Below are positions 14,565 through 17,871 of a stretch of 17,871 bases of DNA, piece after piece. A model generated the notes under the pieces. It ran no database searches and was not told the DNA's origin. It worked only from the letters and a program-made list of their open reading frames with translations. Both the position numbers and the translations under genes were made by a program. Location of the stretch: the NCBI GenBank assembly GCA_019894975.1, contig JAGXNO010000059.1:1-17871 (forward strand). Reading direction: 5' to 3'. Each line of letters starts with the position of its first letter. The first letter of the stretch is position 1. Source of the DNA: Promethearchaeota archaeon. Lineage in GTDB: Archaea > Asgardarchaeota > Lokiarchaeia > Sigyniarchaeales > SOKP01.

Positions 14565-15857
14565 TTAACCCAGGATTAAAGTGTAAAGCATAGTATATCC
14601 CAAGATAATTAGAAAGTGAATCATTGCGAAAAGTGCTCCATTTTTTAGTAGACGTCTGTAATCTAGATTCACCACCTCATATTTTTTTGCCATGGAAAGG
14701 GTGAGAATATCACATGCAGACCCTTGTGGCAAGAAATTACCGGCCATATTGACTCCACTAATGAAAGCTATAATAATAGGGTTAGGAAAAAAACCCTCTC
14801 CTATAAAGCTCGCAATTATTGGGAGAAGAATGATGGTAACGGGTGTCCCTGCTAGAAATGCTGACAAGAGAGAGGAAAGACCTAATGTTATTAATACTGC
14901 GAGATAAATGTTATCATTTGTTAAATCTGCCAAACCTGTGGAGATCAACTCTGAAAATCCAAAGGTTGTTAATGAATTTGAAAGAATGAATAAAATTGCG
15001 AATATTATGAGGATTTTCCACGTGATTTCATTCTTCACATCTGAAAAATTAGACTTCTTAGAATGAATAAGAAGAAGAATAGCAGCAGCTATTATTGCTA
15101 TTAGGCCAGGGGCATTTAATATAATCATTAACCCGAAGGTGGCTAGAATAATGATAACTGTCATTACAAAATATTTTTTATCCTCAATTAAAATCCTAGG
15201 ATCTAATACTGATAATAAAATGTTCTTGTTTTCTTCAGTTGGCTTTTCCTCATTTTTCAATATAAACTTATCCATCAAAAAAATGGTTGTTCCTAAGGTG
15301 ATTATAAATAAAATACCCATATTACTGAGATATTGAATGAAACCCCAACCAAACTCTTCACCGATAATTAAATTTTTTAAGCTCGATATTGGAGTAAGTA
15401 TGGCGCCTATATTAATAGTAATTGTCATTCCCATCATGTAAGTGCCAGCAGGTATCTTTAATATTCGACACGTTCTGAAGATCAAGGGAACTAATATCAA
15501 TGATAAGGTTAAATCCTCGATAAACGCAACTATTATACCTGTAAACACGCAAATCATATAAAAGAATAATCGATTATTCCCCTTAGTTATATGAATCACT
15601 TTAATCGCAAGATATTCTAGTACATGATTCTCAGTCGCAAAATAGATTATTATCTGTATGGCAAATATGAAGATCAGAGTGTTAAAATTGATAAATCCAA
15701 GAATTTCTTCCGGTTTAAGGCCATTAATGCGCATAAAAACTATCGCAATCGCACCTATGATTAAAGCAATTGGAAAATAATCGATCTTATTTTGAGAAAA
15801 AAAAGCCATCAAAATTGCAAATAAAATTAAAATCAGGACAATTGCAGGTACATTCAT
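14565..15857 (-). CDS. SLC13/ArsB/NhaD/CitMHS (ion transporter superfamily) permease
   Basis: 430 aa, highly hydrophobic, two homologous halves; NIGAILTPISSLKNLII and NMAGNFLPQGSACDIL hairpin motifs typical of ArsB/NhaD/P-protein permeases. Confidence 0.88.
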   Translation of the reverse strand: MNVPAIVLILILFAILMAFFSQNKIDYFPIALIIGAIAIVFMRINGLKPEEILGFINFNTLIFIFAIQIIIYFATENHVLEYLAIKVIHITKGNNRLFFYMICVFTGIIVAFIEDLTLSLILVPLIFRTCRILKIPAGTYMMGMTITINIGAILTPISSLKNLIIGEEFGWGFIQYLSNMGILFIITLGTTIFLMDKFILKNEEKPTEENKNILLSVLDPRILIEDKKYFVMTVIIILATFGLMIILNAPGLIAIIAAAILLLIHSKKSNFSDVKNEITWKILIIFAILFILSNSLTTFGFSELISTGLADLTNDNIYLAVLITLGLSSLLSAFLAGTPVTIILLPIIASFIGEGFFPNPIIIAFISGVNMAGNFLPQGSACDILTLSMAKKYEVVNLDYRRLLKNGALFAMIHFLIILGYTMLYTLILG

Positions 15858-16041
15858 TCAATAAAGTAATGGTTTTATTTGTAAAAAATATCACTATAGT
15901 TAGGAAATTTTTATCTTAAATGCTGCTTTAAGAAATTCCACATTGCATATTTAACATTAAGCTTGGAATTCAAGGAAAAATAGTAAAAATTATAATTTTA
16001 TTATTTTTAATGATATTAATAAGGTTATAATAAAGAATGTG

Positions 16042-17037
16042 ATGAAGATTACTCAAAATCAGAATTTGAATACAAACTCTGTTGCAATTAATGCTTCAAA
16101 CTTAGTTAAAGAATTTGGAGACCTTTTTGCGGTAGATGATGTTTCATTTAAAATTAATCAAGGAGAAATTGTTGGTATTCTTGGTCCTAATGGAGCTGGT
16201 AAAACAACGACAATTCGATTATTAACAGGTGTTTTTCAATTAGAAAAGAACGCAAAAATAGAAATCTTTGGAAAGGATATAACAAAAAATCCAAGGAAAT
16301 ATAAAAAAAAATTTGGAATCGTTCCAGAAATCAGTAATGCTTTTTCGGATTATAGTGTCTGGCAGAATCTCAAATTTTCAGGCGGAATATATGGAATTTC
16401 AAAAGAGAAGGTTGAAACGCGCTCGAAAATACTTTTAACTCAATTTAATCTGATTGAAAAGATCTATTCTAAAACAAAAACATTATCCAAAGGATTGAAA
16501 CAACGCTTAAATTTTTGTCTCGCGTTACTTCATGAACCTCCTATTCTCATTCTTGACGAACCTACAGGTGGCTTAGATCCACTCTCTGTTAAGTTAATGA
16601 GAACTCAAATTCTTCAGTTAAAAAAGGAAGGAAAAACAATTCTAATTACTACTCATGACATGCGAGAAGCACAAAATATTTGTGATAGAATTCTGATTAT
16701 GAATAGAGGAAAAATTATTGCTGACGAGAACCCTAATACCCTTCGAGAACAATTTAAATCAACTTCTACAATTCTTTTTAAAATTGCTGGCGATATACCC
16801 GTCGAACAAGAACATTTCCTGTTAGATATGTTTAGTATTACGAAGGAAAAAAACGGATATTATCTATTTTCTAGCTATAATACCTTAAAAGATATATCTA
16901 CGTTATATAATGTCTCTAAGGAAAGGAACATAAAGATTTCCGATCTTAAAGTAAGAGAAACATCCTTAGAAGAAGTATTCCTTCATTTAATAAAGGAAGA
17001 TGTATTTGTAAAAAAGGAGGATGAAAAAAATGATTAG
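16042..17037 (+). CDS. ABC transporter ATP-binding protein (ABC-2/DrrA-like)
   Basis: Walker A GPNGAGKT, signature LSKGLKQ, Walker B ILILDEP, H-loop TTH, C-terminal SLEEVFL. Start is ATG 16042 or GTG 16039. Confidence 0.96.
   Translation: MKITQNQNLNTNSVAINASNLVKEFGDLFAVDDVSFKINQGEIVGILGPNGAGKTTTIRLLTGVFQLEKNAKIEIFGKDITKNPRKYKKKFGIVPEISNAFSDYSVWQNLKFSGGIYGISKEKVETRSKILLTQFNLIEKIYSKTKTLSKGLKQRLNFCLALLHEPPILILDEPTGGLDPLSVKLMRTQILQLKKEGKTILITTHDMREAQNICDRILIMNRGKIIADENPNTLREQFKSTSTILFKIAGDIPVEQEHFLLDMFSITKEKNGYYLFSSYNTLKDISTLYNVSKERNIKISDLKVRETSLEEVFLHLIKEDVFVKKEDEKND
17014..17020 (+). promoter_or_regulatory. Shine-Dalgarno sequence (AAGGAGG) for the ABC permease
   Basis: AAGGAGG lies inside the 3' end of the ATPase gene, 9 nt before the in-frame ATG at 17030 and with zero spacing to the ATG at 17021. 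Confidence 0.7.
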
Positions 17038-17812
17038 AAATAGCCTAAATAGAATTTGGATCTTATGTATGAAAAATTTCTTTCTTTACATTAAAAAAGG
17101 ACCCGTCTTAATTTTTGGTTTAATGTTTCCTTTCTTTATGTCACTTTCTTGGGTTATTGGCAGAGATATCTCTTTAGATCAAGTATTTATTGGGATTATA
17201 GCCATGACCTCTTTTTTCACAGCGACAGCAATTAGTCCTGTTGTGTTACCAATTGAAACTCGTGAAAAATCATTAGAAAGAATCCTATCTTCTCCAATAT
17301 CATTAAATGAAATTTTATTGGGGATACTATTTGCTTCGACTCTCTATTCACTAATAATTACTTCACTTATATCTATAATATTTATGCTGATGTTCTCTAT
17401 TGCTTTTGAGTCACTTCTAGTAATATTTTTAATGTTTTTAGGGATTGGTCTTATGTCCTTCTTAGGATCTTTATTGGGTCTATTAATTGCCGCTAATCCT
17501 ACAGATATGACTTCTAATGTGATGATAATCGTGAATCTTGTTAAGTTCCCTTTACTTTTCATTAGTGGGATTTTCATTCCTCTGCAAAATTCATCACCAA
17601 GTTTAATATTTATTTCTTTTATATCACCTGTTACATTTCTCACAGACTTATTAAGATTTTGTGTAAACAGAAGCAATTTTTTTACCTCTTACTTTAATGT
17701 TTTTATGTTAATCCTTTGGATTGTAGGCTTGTTTATAGTAAACTATGTTTTGCATAAAAAGACAATGCCTAAAAGATTGTCAGAAGCAGGTAAATCTATG
17801 AAAAAAAGATGA
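17030..17812 (+). CDS. ABC-2 type transporter permease
   Basis: About 6 TM; ETREKSLERILSSPIS...ILLG, FISGIFIP and SPVTF motifs; overlaps the ATPase stop (translational coupling). Start placed at 17030 from SD spacing; the ORF track gives 17021. Confidence 0.93.
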   Translation: MIRNSLNRIWILCMKNFFLYIKKGPVLIFGLMFPFFMSLSWVIGRDISLDQVFIGIIAMTSFFTATAISPVVLPIETREKSLERILSSPISLNEILLGILFASTLYSLIITSLISIIFMLMFSIAFESLLVIFLMFLGIGLMSFLGSLLGLLIAANPTDMTSNVMIIVNLVKFPLLFISGIFIPLQNSSPSLIFISFISPVTFLTDLLRFCVNRSNFFTSYFNVFMLILWIVGLFIVNYVLHKKTMPKRLSEAGKSMKKR

Positions 17813-17871
17813 TGAAAAAGAATATGTGATAAATAATGGTGTTAAATAATTTTATAATATTTAATATATGT

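Noticed and set aside
1250-17676. Other 60-110 aa ORFs nested within or antisense to longer genes (e.g. 1250-1483, 1487-1705, 2845-3278, 3934-4116, 5559-5750, 7584-7775, 8669-9111, 11669-11995, 12647-12829, 13468-13659, 14692-14907, 15139-15336, 17344-17676)
   Set aside because: They overlap well-supported genes on the opposite strand and look like codon-bias shadows of membrane protein or enzyme genes.
1-17812. The two ABC ATPase genes at the window ends as a recent duplication or inverted boundary of a mobile element
   Set aside because: Similarity is limited to universally conserved Walker A region motifs. I saw no integrase, transposase, terminal repeats or target duplication.
1-17871. 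tRNA, rRNA, CRISPR array or IS element
   Set aside because: No cloverleaf-like GC-rich segment, rRNA-like sequence, regularly spaced repeats or transposase motifs were seen by eye; a tRNAscan/Infernal/CRISPR finder run would confirm.

Overview
This is an AT-rich, gene-dense prokaryotic window, most likely from an Asgard archaeon (Lokiarchaeia). That assignment is inferred from a Rab-like small GTPase, an MglA-like GTPase and a sequon-rich surface protein with a Loki-CTERM-like C-terminal anchor. The window has about 17 protein-coding genes in mixed orientation: two ABC-2-type exporter ATPases (one cut by the left edge and missed by the ORF track) plus a permease, MFS and SLC13/ArsB-type transporters, a DUF998 protein, an RNase Z-like MBL hydrolase, an iron-sulfur flavoprotein, a VOC protein, an alpha/beta hydrolase and several unknown membrane proteins. 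The most notable items are (i) an 822-aa fusion of a RecB-like PD-(D/E)XK nuclease with an Fe-S XPD/DinG helicase, (ii) two different small GTPases about 1 kb apart, of which the MglA-like one lacks the intrinsic arginine finger, has no MglB partner here and sits behind a membrane protein with a possible PH-like domain, and (iii) decayed gene remnants in intergenic spaces, including a histidine-kinase-like C-terminal tail. I found no rRNA, tRNA, CRISPR array or transposase. All family calls come from motif recognition by eye, not database searches.
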